A stretch of DNA of 64,000 bases from the human T2T-CHM13v2.0 reference genome, Homo sapiens: NCBI RefSeq assembly GCF_009914755.1, contig NC_060936.1; one strand, given 5' to 3'. The notes beneath the pieces were generated by a model that did not search any database, was not told the origin of the DNA, and saw only the letters and a list, made by a program, of their open reading frames with translations. The number at the start of each line of letters is the position of its first letter. Position 1 is the stretch's first letter. Both the position numbers and the translations under genes were made by a program. This document shows positions 13,720 through 26,215 of the stretch, in pieces.

Positions 13720-15607
13720 TTACATCAATTACAATAAATAAAATAAGGAGACATGAGTGAAAGGTGGTAGAAGGTACAGTTTTATCTGTTAAGAGAAAAA
13801 AAATTTTCCATCAATAATCTATCACAAAACATAGATCTTCTTTGACTATCATGTGGAACTCTCGACAGAACTTTTAAACCCTCCTGGTAGAGAAAGGAGA
13901 GAATGGATTTATTTGTCTCCTTGCAAGAAGATAGGCAAGTAAAGCTTCTTCCATTGATTTTTTTAAAGTATACATAAAGGCTACAATTAGACTGATAGAA
14001 TTGCATTATAGACAAACTTCTATCCCTGCACCTCTTCTTCCCCTTTACCTCTTGCCCACAGTCACACGACTTTTTCTTCCACTCCAGTGGTGCATGTCTA
14101 CAGAGGCAGTTCCTGGCCTAATGTTAGTGATGACACAGATTAATTTAATTCTTAATAAAAAATTCACTGAGTGCCTGCCATATATACTAGACGTTCTATG
14201 TATTGGATTCTGAGGCTACGATGGTAAGTTGGATATTTCTCCTGCCTTCAGAAAGCTTCCAGTCTTGTCACTAATGGATTTGGGGCCCAGTACCCTTAAA
14301 ATCACCTCAGAGCTGCCTGAATCCATAGACTACTTGCAGAATCACTGGTTTTACTTGGATCAAGCCATCTGAGAAGGTATCTGTCTCAACAGCCCCCCAA
14401 CCTCCACCCTCCCTGCACTTTTATTTAACAAGTCAACTGTTTTCTGCAGCAAACACCATTTGCCATCCATTTAATTTCCCCTTCAATACTCAGGTTCACA
14501 CTCTCCTTTGCATTGTCCCATTTGTCCCTATGTTCATGGTCCCCTCCAGTTGTATCCTAGGAACACGTGTGTGCACATGCATCATCTCTCCAACTCTTTG
14601 AAGACAGGGACCCCTGACTCTTAGTTAGTGCATGCTTAGAATGCCTTGTTCAGACTTGGTTTGCATAGTCAATTTAGCTTAGGAAATATTGTTGGTCAAC
14701 TGACTATTCAATAGATGACTCTGAGACTGCCTATTCCATATTTCAAAACAGATTGGCTAATCCAGAAGTGTTTCTTTGGGATGAGGCCAGCTGAGGTGGA
14801 ACAACAGGGCACACTATTCAATGGGGGTATTTAGCTCATTGTGTTTGACGTATAATCACAGGGCAAGAGTTTGTCAAAAGTAACTGATAATGAGCATTGC
14901 GCTTTCCTTGCTAAACCTAATTCTGTGAGAAAAAAAGTCAGATAGAATTAAAGGAAAATTCCATCATTGATCCTTCCCAGAATCTGTCCTAACATCAAAA
15001 ATTCCAGAGGTTCTACAGCAAAGCAGAGTGGAATAATTCCTAGAACCACAGGGAGTTGCATAGATTTAAATAAAATTCTTATGAGCAAAACTACCAAGTG
15101 CTATTCCATTCCCACTCCTCCTTTCCTAGAAAGGTGTCCAGTTATTCCAGAAGTCAATGTGAAAGGTTTATAGGAATTACCCTGTTCTCTAATACCCTGT
15201 ATTCACATTTTAGAATGACTTTATGTCTTTAAATCTAATACCCTGAACATTGTTCTCTAATAAAATTTTCCCCCAAGTAAATTTTTCCCCCAAGTAAAGC
15301 AAAGGATAAGCAGGAGTGGGACTTGAAATCACCATTTACAAGGTATGGGATGCATTCCTCAAAGAAGATCCCTCAAGACTACAGCAATTGCAGGCTGTCT
15401 ATATTTGCTAATAAAACCCCTTGCTGAGTAGCCACTGAACAGTGCAACACCCCAATCCCTTATTGAATCCCAGCCCATACTTCCTAAGGCAGTTAGACTC
15501 CTCCTAAGCTAGACTTCACAGATGATTTCCATGCTTTGGGGAAAATACAGTTCTGGAACACAACTAAACTGTGACCCTGGATGAGGCAGGCTATCTAGAC
15601 ATACCAA

Positions 15608-15852
15608 CATAGTGTAGTGGCTAAAAGTCAGATTGCCTCATTTTGTTCTGGACTTACTGGATTTGTGTGAGTGCCAGCTTTACCACTCACTATACAGTCA
15701 CCCTGTGGAGTAATTTGCTTAATTTCAGTTTCCTCAGCTGCGGAAAGGTAGAAATAACCCTTATTGAGCTATTTTGAAGACTGATTTAGACAACCTATGT
15801 GAAACGTTGAGCATAACGTCTGGCATGCTTGATTGCTCAGTAAATTATTATT
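15608..15852 (+). mobile_element. MIR
   Basis: 'catagtgtagtggctaaaag...tcagtttcctcagctg...tgctcagtaaatta'. Confidence 0.7.
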
Positions 15853-16123
15853 TGTCCCACTCCACTGGATCTCAGACGCAAAACGTGTAATGGATACCAT
15901 AACTTTCCAAAGTGGGGCAGGCTTTCCACTCTTGTGATTGCATAAATTCTAAATCTTAGAGTTTCTCTTGGAGATACCCAAGTCTTGAGGAAAATCTTCA
16001 CTGCTTAATCCTGAATCCAAGACTAGAAGAGGGAATTTATAACTTCCAAATAGTTAAGCATTGAAAGGTGGGATTGAAAAAGTGTCCTTTTAAAGTAATT
16101 TGAGGGCATCAGCCTTCTCACTA

Positions 16124-16392
16124 GCATGTCCCAAAGTGACTAGTGCCTAGCACTAGTTCTGCAAAATGCTAAAAAAAAAAACCCATGATCAAATACATTT
16201 TAAAAAATTACCACCTACCATCTCCCTCTCTTGTAGATTTTTATATACCTCAACATATTAAAGGTATGAAAAGATCATGCAGAAAAAAACCTGTTCAGCT
16301 TCATCTCACATAGTATTTCTGCCACTTATTTCACCACAGATACTTTGTTAATATCTTGGAACTCTTGTTTTTAGAAAAACGCATTGGAAATG
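16124..16392. mobile_element. MER103-like hAT-Charlie DNA transposon relic
   Basis: 'cactagttctgcaaaatgct...catattaaaggtatgaaaagatcatgcag...aaacctgttcagctt...cttatttcaccacaga' resembles the MER103C consensus as I recall it. Confidence 0.55.
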
Positions 16393-17299
16393 GAGGAGAC
16401 TGTCAAGGACAATAATAAATGATGGTACTGTAAACACCTAGCATTCCATTTTGCCAAATTCTAAAAAAATAAAAATAGAATCTTAAAAATTGCACAGTAG
16501 TTAGTACTGGGCACAATTAAGTTCTCCTTTCACAAAATGATCTTACCTGGGCCTGAATACCTGAGGTCTTGCTCACACTGGCGTGGTTACAGGGGTCATG
16601 TACACAAAAATGACCTATTTGTTTGTGAAGAACTTTATGTACTTATTAAGCACAAATAGCTTGAGTTTGATTTTGATTTTTCAGAAGAAATTGTTTCTTA
16701 GAAAACTGATCATCAAACTCCATTCCACACCAGTTTGTTTTCCCCTCTCGCACTCTCTTTGTGTAATAGAATCTGTTCCCACAGGTTTGGGGAAAATAAA
16801 AGAAGCCTACAATCCCCCAGCCCCCCTTCCCTTTTCCCTCCTAATGCCCCAGAGCAGCTAGTAGGGTTTATTGCTCTTCCCCAACATTGGCTCCTTTCTA
16901 TACATGGAGTAAGATTGATGATCCTCATTCTAAAATGTGAAGATCCAGCATGCGCCTTTGTCCTATGTCCCTTGAGAGTGAATTGGCATAAGCAGCACTC
17001 GGTAAAGAGGCAGCACTTTTTGGTACATCAGGAGTGACAGTGACAGTATGGAGCAAGCCTGCGGGGGCCTCTCCACCACCCCCACTCCTGTCAATCTCTA
17101 CCTTGAGCTCAGTACCCACTGGGGCAGACTGCTGCCTCACCAGACAATATCATGGAAAGAGTGCTCAGGTCCAAATCCCCTGCAGGGCCCACTTTGCAAG
17201 GTTGGCTGGGGGAAGCTGTAGCCATAGTGAAATGGCCCTTTATTTAAAAGCACCTTCAGTTACAACTGTGAGGGTACATAGATGTCAAGCCAACAAGCT

Positions 17300-17300
<1 letters not shown>

Positions 17301-17335
<35 letters not shown>
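17301..17335. repeat. (GT)17 microsatellite
   Basis: Seen directly in the sequence. Confidence 0.97.
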
Positions 17336-17338
<3 letters not shown>

Positions 17339-18511
17339 GAGCATGTGTAACCACACATCTGTACACCTAAGAAGAGGGAAGCCAATCAATAACTACTCTG
17401 TATTTCTTAGCTCTCCTCTTGGAAGTCAACCTGCATGACTCCAAAGGCAGGTTGCACAAACCTGGCATCTTACAAGATTCTCATCAGGCTCTCATTTTTT
17501 TGTGTCACTAGTTTGGCTGAAATAAAAACTCAAAGCCCCCACAATATTGAACCACCATTCCAGACCCAGCCAAGGTTTGGAACATAAAGTGAGCTGAATG
17601 AATCAGCCTGCAGGCAACCCAGAGAAAGTAATTGTTCATCCTAGCAGCACGGCTGCTTTTCTGCTTAGCATCTGAACAAGTTAATTTGGAAACACAGCCT
17701 TCTGGAAAGAAATGGCGCTTCTCTCAGCATCCCATGGATTCATGAGGTGAGATGCCCTTTCACCAGGTAGAAACAGTAAATTACATTTGAAATCCATTTC
17801 TATTGAAGGAGAAAAAATCCTTCTTTTTCCCAGGAGCTCATCTTTTTGCCTGGTAGCACCATTTAACATCAATTGCCCAACTTCAGAGTTCACTTTTTAC
17901 TCACATCAGTGTCTGGCAACTAGGGGAAGAATTTTACTAGTTGAACAAGGAGCAGTTGAATTAAATACAAAATCACATAAAGAAGTTTGCTCTTTGCTAA
18001 TCCTGGGCTTCAAGGAACTGATCTCAGCAGCATCTAAATTGGACAAATTGGCTAAATTGATCCTGCTTCATAGAAAGGGTACTTCATCTAGATCCAATCA
18101 ATGGCAGATTGAGGTGTGATGTGAAATGAGGGGAAGGAATCAGGTAGCCAACTATTTATAGGGTAGAAGTCTGGCTTTAAGGAGTAAAAATGCCTCCATT
18201 TCATGTTGGTTTTATTACCCCTTAAACACCAGTGCCCTTGAATTGTGTGCTCCAGGACTGCCCTTGTGTTTGAGCTGAGGGCTGGATGGCAGTGAGCTCA
18301 GAAAGAGAGTACTAGAGAAATCTAATCTAGACATTGTGTCTTTTGTTCTGTCCACAGCTTGACCAGTCTGTATTTGACCTTCCATCACCAATTAATTAAA
18401 AAACAAAAGCAGAGAGGACCTTCTATGTTTCTGGCATTGAACTAGATCTTTTACAAAATTATTTTTAATACTACAGGCCTGGAAAGTCAGTTATCAAGTA
18501 TAACTGAGTAG

Positions 18512-18690
18512 GTTTGCCTGGATGTTCATCCCAGCCCCCAGTGATTAGCTGTGTGATATGGGGTGAGTCAGTTTAGCTCTCTGAGCCTCAGTTTTCTCAT
18601 CTGTAAAATTGGGATAGTTAAAGTGCCTACTTCATAGGGTCATGGAGAGGATTAAATGTGATAATTATTTAACAAGCACTTGTTACAGTG
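18512..18690 (+). mobile_element. MIR, apparently nested between the two halves of an antisense MIR (about 18400-18815)
   Basis: Core 'ctctctgagcctcagttttctcatctgtaaaat'. Antisense MIR pieces lie on both sides. Confidence 0.75.
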
Positions 18691-19777
18691 CTTCTTATTC
18701 TCATCTGGGGAAAAAGGCTCAGAGAGGTCAATTTATCCCAGTCCTTACTAATAAGTCACAGAGTTGGGGGGTCCAAACTAGATTTACTGTACACCAAAGC
18801 CCATGCACCTTCCACCAGGTCATGATGCAATGATCAGAAGCAATTATTATAAGCCCAGTGTTGTATGCTCTGTGCTAAGATCTGTAAAATGGAAAAGCAA
18901 AGGAAACCCAATGTATCGTTTCTCTTCTCAAAAGCAACCTAGACAATGAACACTAATGTATGGTGCTGACCATAAGTGGAATAAGAGTCTCCACAAGATG
19001 CTCTGTGTCACTTCAGACAACAACAACCCTATTCGTATCTCCATATATCCTATGCTACCAGGCTTGAATCTTAGGAAACTTTCAGTAGTCACTTCTTGTT
19101 CTCTAACATCACAGCTGTTTGTATACTTACAGACTCTCCTATCCCCTTTCATAGAAATTATACATTTATATATGACTCTTTCTTCTTCTTGGCAGCAGCT
19201 CCTTGAATGCAAATATTGCCTGATATTTTCATGGTAAGTTCTGAGCAAATAGGTGCTGGACGAATGAATTACTGAATAAGTGAGTACATTTCTTTATTTG
19301 CCAGGAAAGAATTGGGCATTGCTTGCATAACTTCTGTCTAAGGCACAGGGGGTGGGTGCCAGTATAAAAGACATTGTCCTGAAGAAATTTACATAGTATA
19401 TCAATATTTTCCATATACTTATACTAATATTTTTAAGTTTGCATTGTTGTCTGTGTTACTTTTGTAAACCTTTTGTTTTCATCCAGATTCAAAGCTCTTG
19501 GAGAGCGGAAACCATGATGAATACTCCTTTATTTATTCCATGTAACACTCCAGACAAGAGTAGGCTTTGATTCTGTCGTATTGAATTCAATTACCGGTTC
19601 AGTAGGAGAGACAAGATAAATTGGCAGGCAACCCATGTGTATCAGTATACTCACAAATGTGGAGTATTAGGATATTAGGATAAAATATGCTCAGAGTTGA
19701 GAGAATTTAATGAAACCCATGATACTTAGGTAGGACAAATGTCTTCAGACAGAGAAATTAAGGTTTACTATCACATA

Positions 19778-20226
19778 TGTGAACCCTGAAAGAGCCAGTC
19801 TGTAAAGTTGGATCCTGAGTGGCTAACTGGGCCTAAATTCAAAATAGAGTGAAATGACCGTTTGCTGACTAGAGGTCACACACATAGTCTGTGTTCCTGG
19901 AGAACCCCCATGCTCACTTAACTTTGGGATTTGTATAGCTGTCTGTTCCTATTTATGCCACCTGAATCAACCAATGGACAATGACCTGCATTGGCCAATC
20001 AGAACTCAAGAAGCATCAACCAATTAGAACTAAGCAAGTTTGCATTCTTTATCCGCATAAGCAAACCAAAGTGGGAAACCGGGCAGGCACTTTCCCTATA
20101 AAAGACAGGCCCTCTCTTTGTTCTCTTGAAACATGGCTGCATCTCCCAGGTTTGCAAACTGTTAGCTGTAATAAAGTCTCTTTCCCCTTTTCAAAAGAAA
20201 ATTATTTTCAGTGGATTCTGGTTCAA
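19778..20226 (+). mobile_element. Solo ERV LTR (LTR47-like)
   Basis: Starts tgtgaaccctgaaagagcca...ggatcctgagtggctaactgggcctaaatt. Has repeated CCAAT boxes, TATAAAA at 20097-20103 and AATAAA at 20170-20175. Confidence 0.8.
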
Positions 20227-20555
20227 CTTTCTTCATGACGAAATTCACCTGTGAAGTGAGGGAGAGGATTGCAAATATATGCCAAAGATAACAATAGGTC
20301 TGAAGGTGGCATATAGAAACAGTGGCAGGTAGAGACTCAAATTCACATAACTTAGCCAACTAATGGACTATCTCCTTCCTGTTTTTCTTTAACAAATGCA
20401 ATTAAAAAAATCACACAGGTTAGTCTTTTAACCAGTCATGTGCCTGGTGCTGTATCAAGAGCTGTGGAAATAGCAGTCACAAAGCCAGGCAAAATCACTG
20501 CCCTTAAGAAGCTTATAATCTGAAGACATCACAGTGCGCATAAAGAATGAAACCA

Positions 20556-20895
20556 GGCCGGGCGCGGTGGCTCACGCCTGTAATCCCATCACTTTGGGAG
20601 GCCGAGGGGGTAGATCACTTAAGGGCAGGAGTTCTAGACCAGCCTGGCCAACATGGTGAAACCCCATCTCTACTAAAAATACAAAAACTAGCCGGGCGTG
20701 GTGGCGGGTGCCTGTAGTCCCAGCTACTCGGGAGGTGAGACAGGAGAATGGCGTGAACCCGGGAGGGGGAGGTTGGAGTGAGCCGAGATCGCGCCACTGC
20801 ACTCCAGCCTGGGTGACAGAGCGAGACTCCGTCTCAAAAAAAAAAGAAAGAAAAAAGAAAGAGAGAGAGAGAGAAGGAAGGAAGGAAGGAAGGAA
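20556..20895 (+). mobile_element. Alu with mixed AluS/AluY diagnostics and a (GA)/(GGAA) tail
   Basis: Full dimer. Flanking gaaacca at 20549-20555 and 20896-20902. Confidence 0.95.
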
Positions 20896-20907
20896 GAAAC
20901 CACAAGA

Positions 20908-21160
20908 AGTGTGAGTAGAAACACAGGCCCTGAAGTCAGCCTCTCTAGGTTTGAATCCTAGCTCCCAGCAAGGACTCTGAGACCTTGTGCAAGTAATATG
21001 AATGTCTCTGTGGCTCATTTTCTCCCATTATACAGTGAAGAAAATAGGATTAGGTTTATAGGGTGGTTGTTCTGAATATTTAATGAGATAATAGAGGAAT
21101 AATTTAGTGGAGCTCCTATTAAATGATAAATGCTTAAAAAAAGTTAGCTATTATTGTTAT
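20908..21160 (+). mobile_element. MIR
   Basis: 'ggtttgaatcctagctcc...gaccttgtgcaagt...gttagctattatt'. Confidence 0.7.
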
Positions 21161-22673
21161 TAAAGAAAGGTGATATTCTTATTCTCAAGAATGAGACACT
21201 CTAATAAATAGTTTGTGTATTTTATTTTATTCCACTTGATTTTCAAAACAAGTTAATGATGTAGGTATTGTTATTCTTATTTTATGGGCAAGAATACAAA
21301 GATTTTTAAATAACATAATTATAGTCACATAATAAATGGAGTCAGAATTTGAATCCAGGTCTATTTCTTCCCAAAAGTCATACTCCTTCAGCTAGTCAAT
21401 CCTCATTTAATAAATTATTGAATTCAAAGGCAATAAACCCTTCTCTTCATTTTTAAAATTCTTGCCTGAAATGAGATATTTCAATTCATATTTATCCTTT
21501 TCTTTCTTCTTGTGCTGTCTTTACTCTTTCTTTACATACCCATTTGATTTAGTGTTATGATGAGATGGGTAAATATTTTCTTCTCAACCTGCAAATTAAC
21601 TTCTTAAGGCAAAATTTCATCCATCTTTTTTTTTCCTTATGTTGTTCTGCAATACAAATAGCTCAAAATAGAGCTTGGCACTTAGTAATGGCTCAGAAAA
21701 TTAGCTTTTATTATAAGTGTTATTAGTCTTTATCTTTATCGACTCTTCTAAAACATCTACCTGACAACATTTTGATATTTCTAGTCCTAAATTAAATTTC
21801 TCCTTGCTGTTATCCAAATGTTCACGCTTTTGAAATAAATTGCTCTTCTCACTAGTGTGTATGGCCTGTGTGTCACATTACATCTCAGATTGGACAGGTT
21901 TCTCTGACCCTGATAGTCTTAGTGGTTGCGCAATCATGTTCTTCACATCTAGATCCTCCCAGGTGTATGTTCTGGCCTGCTCCGACTTGGCCCAGCCCCA
22001 GGTACTACAGACCTTCAAACCCAAGTCAGTATCACCAAGGTCCTGTTCCAAAGAGAACCAAGTCTGGCAGGAGATTAGGAGCTGCATCTCCTCCAGAAAC
22101 TCATGCAGATATTTGGCTTACTTTCCTAAGCCTGAACTATAGGGTTCCCGGAGATTTACTGGACAATTTTGTGTCCCCCCAAATTGAAGCTTCTCCCACT
22201 CATCCCCTCTACCTGGCTTAGGCTACAAATCTCTAGTCCTTGAATTGAACACTAGTCATTTCTCTAAGCTGAGTCTTTTATTGAACTCACTGAAGCCCCG
22301 ATGAATTCCTATCTCTTAACAGCTCCCTCAACCTGGAGCCCCAGCCAGTGACTGGGTTACTGTTTCAACCCAGTGGATTTTTTTCCAGGAAAAAATATGT
22401 TGCTCCTCATTCACTATTGGCCAAAATCTCCTCTTGCATTTCTTCCATCCAATGAAAGGGATTTTGACATTTCATTTCAATAAGCATTTAGTATGATGTA
22501 TCTCTTAGCTTAAGCACTTAACAGCACAAAAAATAAATTAGACTTATTCTTGAGAAACTTTTAGAGTTATGAGACAAACCAACAGTAAATGAAAAAAAAA
22601 TGCGCTTTAAATGGAGGTAAAAAGTAAGCTAGAAACAGAAAGAAATATGTAACATACTATCTCTGAGGGGTGG

Positions 22674-22675
<2 letters not shown>

Positions 22676-22708
<33 letters not shown>

Positions 22709-22727
22709 TGTCTGTGTGTGTGTGTGT
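22676..22727. repeat. (TG)n microsatellite
   Basis: Seen directly in the sequence. Confidence 0.95.
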
Positions 22728-23019
22728 ATACTGCAAATGGTTAGAAAGAACAGTCTCTAACAACTGAATTCTGAAAAATTTCCATGTTTTTAATTGTGTC
22801 TGTTAATATGTACATGCATCTCTTTATAGGTGAGGGAGAATGGGAGAAACAAGAAATGATTACATTATTGTGGATACTTTTATTCACCACAATGGAAGTC
22901 TTTAAACATAAAGTTGATGTACATTAAGAGGCAAGACCCAGGGCATATCATCTAAAGAAGATTCCTCCCACTTTTCTTCTGCTTACACCAATCCATCCAA
23001 CCATACATGAATTTATATT

Positions 23020-23286
23020 CAATGTACTCAATTTATTCAGTGTATAATATTGCTTTGTGAACTATGGGAAATATAAATATGACTCAGTTTTTCCCCTCAA
23101 ATAACTGACATGCTACTTGAGCAGATAACATATTTAAGAGCCTGATGATATCTTAGATATTACCTAGTTCAACTCTTTCAATCAAGAGAGATAAAGTAAC
23201 TTTCCTGAGGTTGCACATCAGGATAAGGAGTCACATCCCTATCTTATCACCTAAATACATTATTCTCACTATGTTATACTTGCTTT
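23020..23286 (+). repeat. Copy A of a diverged local duplication
   Basis: Colinear with 25523-25799. Shared exact blocks include tgaggttgcacatcagga and tatgttatacttgcttt. Confidence 0.85.
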
Positions 23287-23448
23287 ACATAGTGAGCTTA
23301 CACTTACATGAAAAATTCAACATGGCAAGGCAGTATAGGATGAGAGCTAAAATATTATAAAACCAACATTAGTTTTCATTTATTGAGTGCTTACTAGGTA
23401 TCAGACACCATTCTAAGTTTATTTCTTAACCCGTTTAAAAATCAGAAC

Positions 23449-23952
23449 TGGGTATATACCCAAAGGATTATAAATCATTCTACTATAAAGACACATGCAC
23501 ATGTATGTTTATTGCAGCACTATTCACAATAGCAAAGACATGGAATCAACCCAAATGCTCTTCAATATTAGACTGGATAAAGAAAATGTGGCACATATAT
23601 ACCATGGAATACTATGCAGCCATAAAAAAGAATGAGTTCATGTCCTTTGTAGGGACATGGATGAAGGTGGAAACCATCATTCTCAGCAAACTAACACAGG
23701 AACAGAAAACCAAATGCCACATGTTCTCACTCATAAGTGGGAGTTGAACAATGAGAACATATGGGCACAGGGAGGGGAACATCACACACTGGAGCCTGTT
23801 GGGGGATGGGAGACAAGGAGAGGTATAGCATTAGGAGAAATAACTAATGTAGATGACAGGTTGATTGGTGCAGCAAACCACCATGGCATGTGTATACCTA
23901 TGTAACAAATCTGCATGTTCTGCACGGATATTCCAGAACTTAAAGTATAATA

Positions 23953-23991
<39 letters not shown>

Positions 23992-23997
23992 AATAAA
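23449..23997 (+). mobile_element. 5'-truncated L1PA (L1PA7-like) 3' end with (TAAA)n tail
   Basis: ORF2 C-terminus (MFIAALFTIAKTWNQPKC...) and 3'UTR ending cagaacttaaagtataa. Confidence 0.93.
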
Positions 23998-24214
23998 GAT
24001 TAGGGTGGAGCAGCCAGCTTCTTCGTGCACTATGTAAATGGAATACCTGGTCCAACCAATCCTCTGTGCCCTATGTAAATCAGACACTGCCTCCTCAAGC
24101 TCATCTATAAAACCAACCACATCTCACTGGGAACCGAGAGACCCATTCCGAACCTCTTCCCTCTGCACAAGGGAGCTTTTCTCTTTTGCCTATTAAACTT
24201 CCATTCTTAAACTC
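23998..24214 (+). mobile_element. ERV1-class LTR fragment (U3-R portion, MER83/MER84-like, family uncertain), transduced by the L1
   Basis: CCAAT, 'ctataaaa' and ATTAAA (24192-24197), then poly(A), then the L1 TSD. No TG...CA termini of its own. Confidence 0.75.
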
Positions 24215-24899
24215 AAAAAAAAAAAATCAGAACATCTCTAGGAGGTAGACATTATTATAACATGCTTTTTACAAATTAGTAAATGAGGTACAGAGAAGAC
24301 AAGTAACTTATCCAAGATCATATGGTTAGTATGTATAAGAAATGAGTTTTAAGTCTAGAAAACCCACCTCCAGTGTCAGTGCTCTTAAACACAATGCATT
24401 ACTTTTTCAAAACCTGTAGATTACTCAGAAAATAAATGCTACTACAGTGTTATAGTGGGCAAAATAATTACATTGTTAATTGATTAAAGAAGGTGTTTTG
24501 GATGAGATAGGATATATCATTAAAAAGATATACATATAAAAATTTGATATGCTAAAAATAAAAAGGATAAAATAAAAATGATAGAGCATGAATAGATATG
24601 AGTAAAGGTGAATGTGCAAGACATAGATTAGTGAACAGACCAAGGTTAGAGCAATGGTTCATGCTGAGAGGAATAGGAGGTTCAGAAGGAAAATATAAAT
24701 AAGCTCTGGTACTGGACTAAGGAGCTCCCATTGAGCTTTTTTCAACTGAGAATTGACATTGAATAAAGTATGTTTAATTTTGTATATAGAAGGAACCAAA
24801 AGCAACAGATCAAAAAATTGGAAAGTCAAGAAGCTAAAAGGCAAGACACCAGTGTAGTACTCCAGGCTTGAGTGGTGAACACTCCACTAATTTTTTCCC

Positions 24900-26215
24900 A
24901 ACCTACTGGCTATGCCTTTGAGTCTCCTTTGCTGGGTACTTTTCATCTTCTTGGCCCTTAAATTTTGGAGTGTCCCAGATTTCCATTGTCAAGTCTCTTT
25001 TCTTCTCTATGTACAATTATACCCTTATGCCATGACATTAAATAGCCTGCATATGCTAATAATTCTTAATTGCATGCTTAATATTTTCATTTGGATGTCT
25101 AGCCTTACATGTAGTCAGATAAAAACCTGACATTTTAGTATTCCTCTGGAACTTTCTCCTCCTCTCTTCATTCAGTGGCTCAAGGTCAGTCTTGACTCTT
25201 CCTTACACAATGCTTGTCAGCAAATTACATCTATTTTCAAGTTTTGACCACTTTATACTTCCCCAATACCCTAGTGCAAGCTTCCATCAGCCTTCCACTT
25301 TTCTCACTTACTTGTCCATTTCTCCTCTCCTCGTACACATACTCTGTTCTCTATATAGTAGTATGATCCTTTAAAAAAAAAAGCCAAATCCTGCCATTTT
25401 CCATTGATTATCTAATCCAGTACAATCCAAGATTTCTTGTGATCTTCAACAAGTTTCTGCATGAGCTGTGTCCTGCCATCTCTCTCTCTTCTCCAACCCC
25501 TTTTCATCACTCCATTTACACCCAACGCACTCAATTCAATTCAATTCAGTGTATGCTACTGCTTTGTGAACTGTGAAGAATATATTAGTAAATATAAATT
25601 GGCTTGTTGTCTTAAAATAACTGACAATGTAGTTGAGTTGATAAGATATTTTAGAGCCTCGTGATATCTTAAAGATCATCTAGTGCAACTCTTTCAGTCT
25701 GGAGAAGAGAAGTGACTTTTTGAGGTTGCACATCAGGACAAGAAGTTGTATCATTTATCTTTTTACCCTATACTCATCCCATTATGTTATACTTGCTTTT
25801 TATGTTATATGCTCCTGCCACATAGATTTCTGTACTGTTTCTAGGATATACCAAGTCCCTTCTTTCCTGGAGCTTCTTAGCTCTTCTAGATAACACTCAT
25901 CCAAGATTGTCACCTTTATTTATTGAGATTTCTGCTAAAGTATCACTAACTCAAAAGGACCACTAAAATAGCAGCCATCCCAATACTATCTATCCACTGA
26001 CCCTGCACAATCTTTCATTATATCACTTATCAATAACTGAGATTATATAAACACCTCGGTATATACTTATTAGTTGTTTATTGTCTATCTTCCCTTCCTA
26101 GAGAGTAACTTCTATGAGGGCAGAGGCATTGTCTGCCTTGTTCACTAAGAGGCCCTCTATAAATATTTGTTGAATAAAAGACTGGATGAGTGAGTGAATA
26201 AACAAATGGATAGGC
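24900..26215 (+). mobile_element. L2 3' region, interrupted by duplication copy B and flanked by antisense L2 pieces
   Basis: L2 motifs 'tctcctttgctgg', 'ctatgagggcagaggcattgtctgccttgttcact' and terminal 'taaatatttgttgaataaa'. Confidence 0.75.
25523..25799 (+). repeat. Copy B of a diverged local duplication
   Basis: Colinear with 23020-23286. Confidence 0.85.

Larger units (their letters stand above)
23370..24395 (-). mobile_element. MIR split by the L1PA/LTR insertion (pieces at about 23370-23448 and 24234-24395)
   Basis: 'atttattgagtgcttactagg' lies before the insertion and 'gaggtacagagaagacaagtaacttatccaagatca' after it. Confidence 0.65.
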
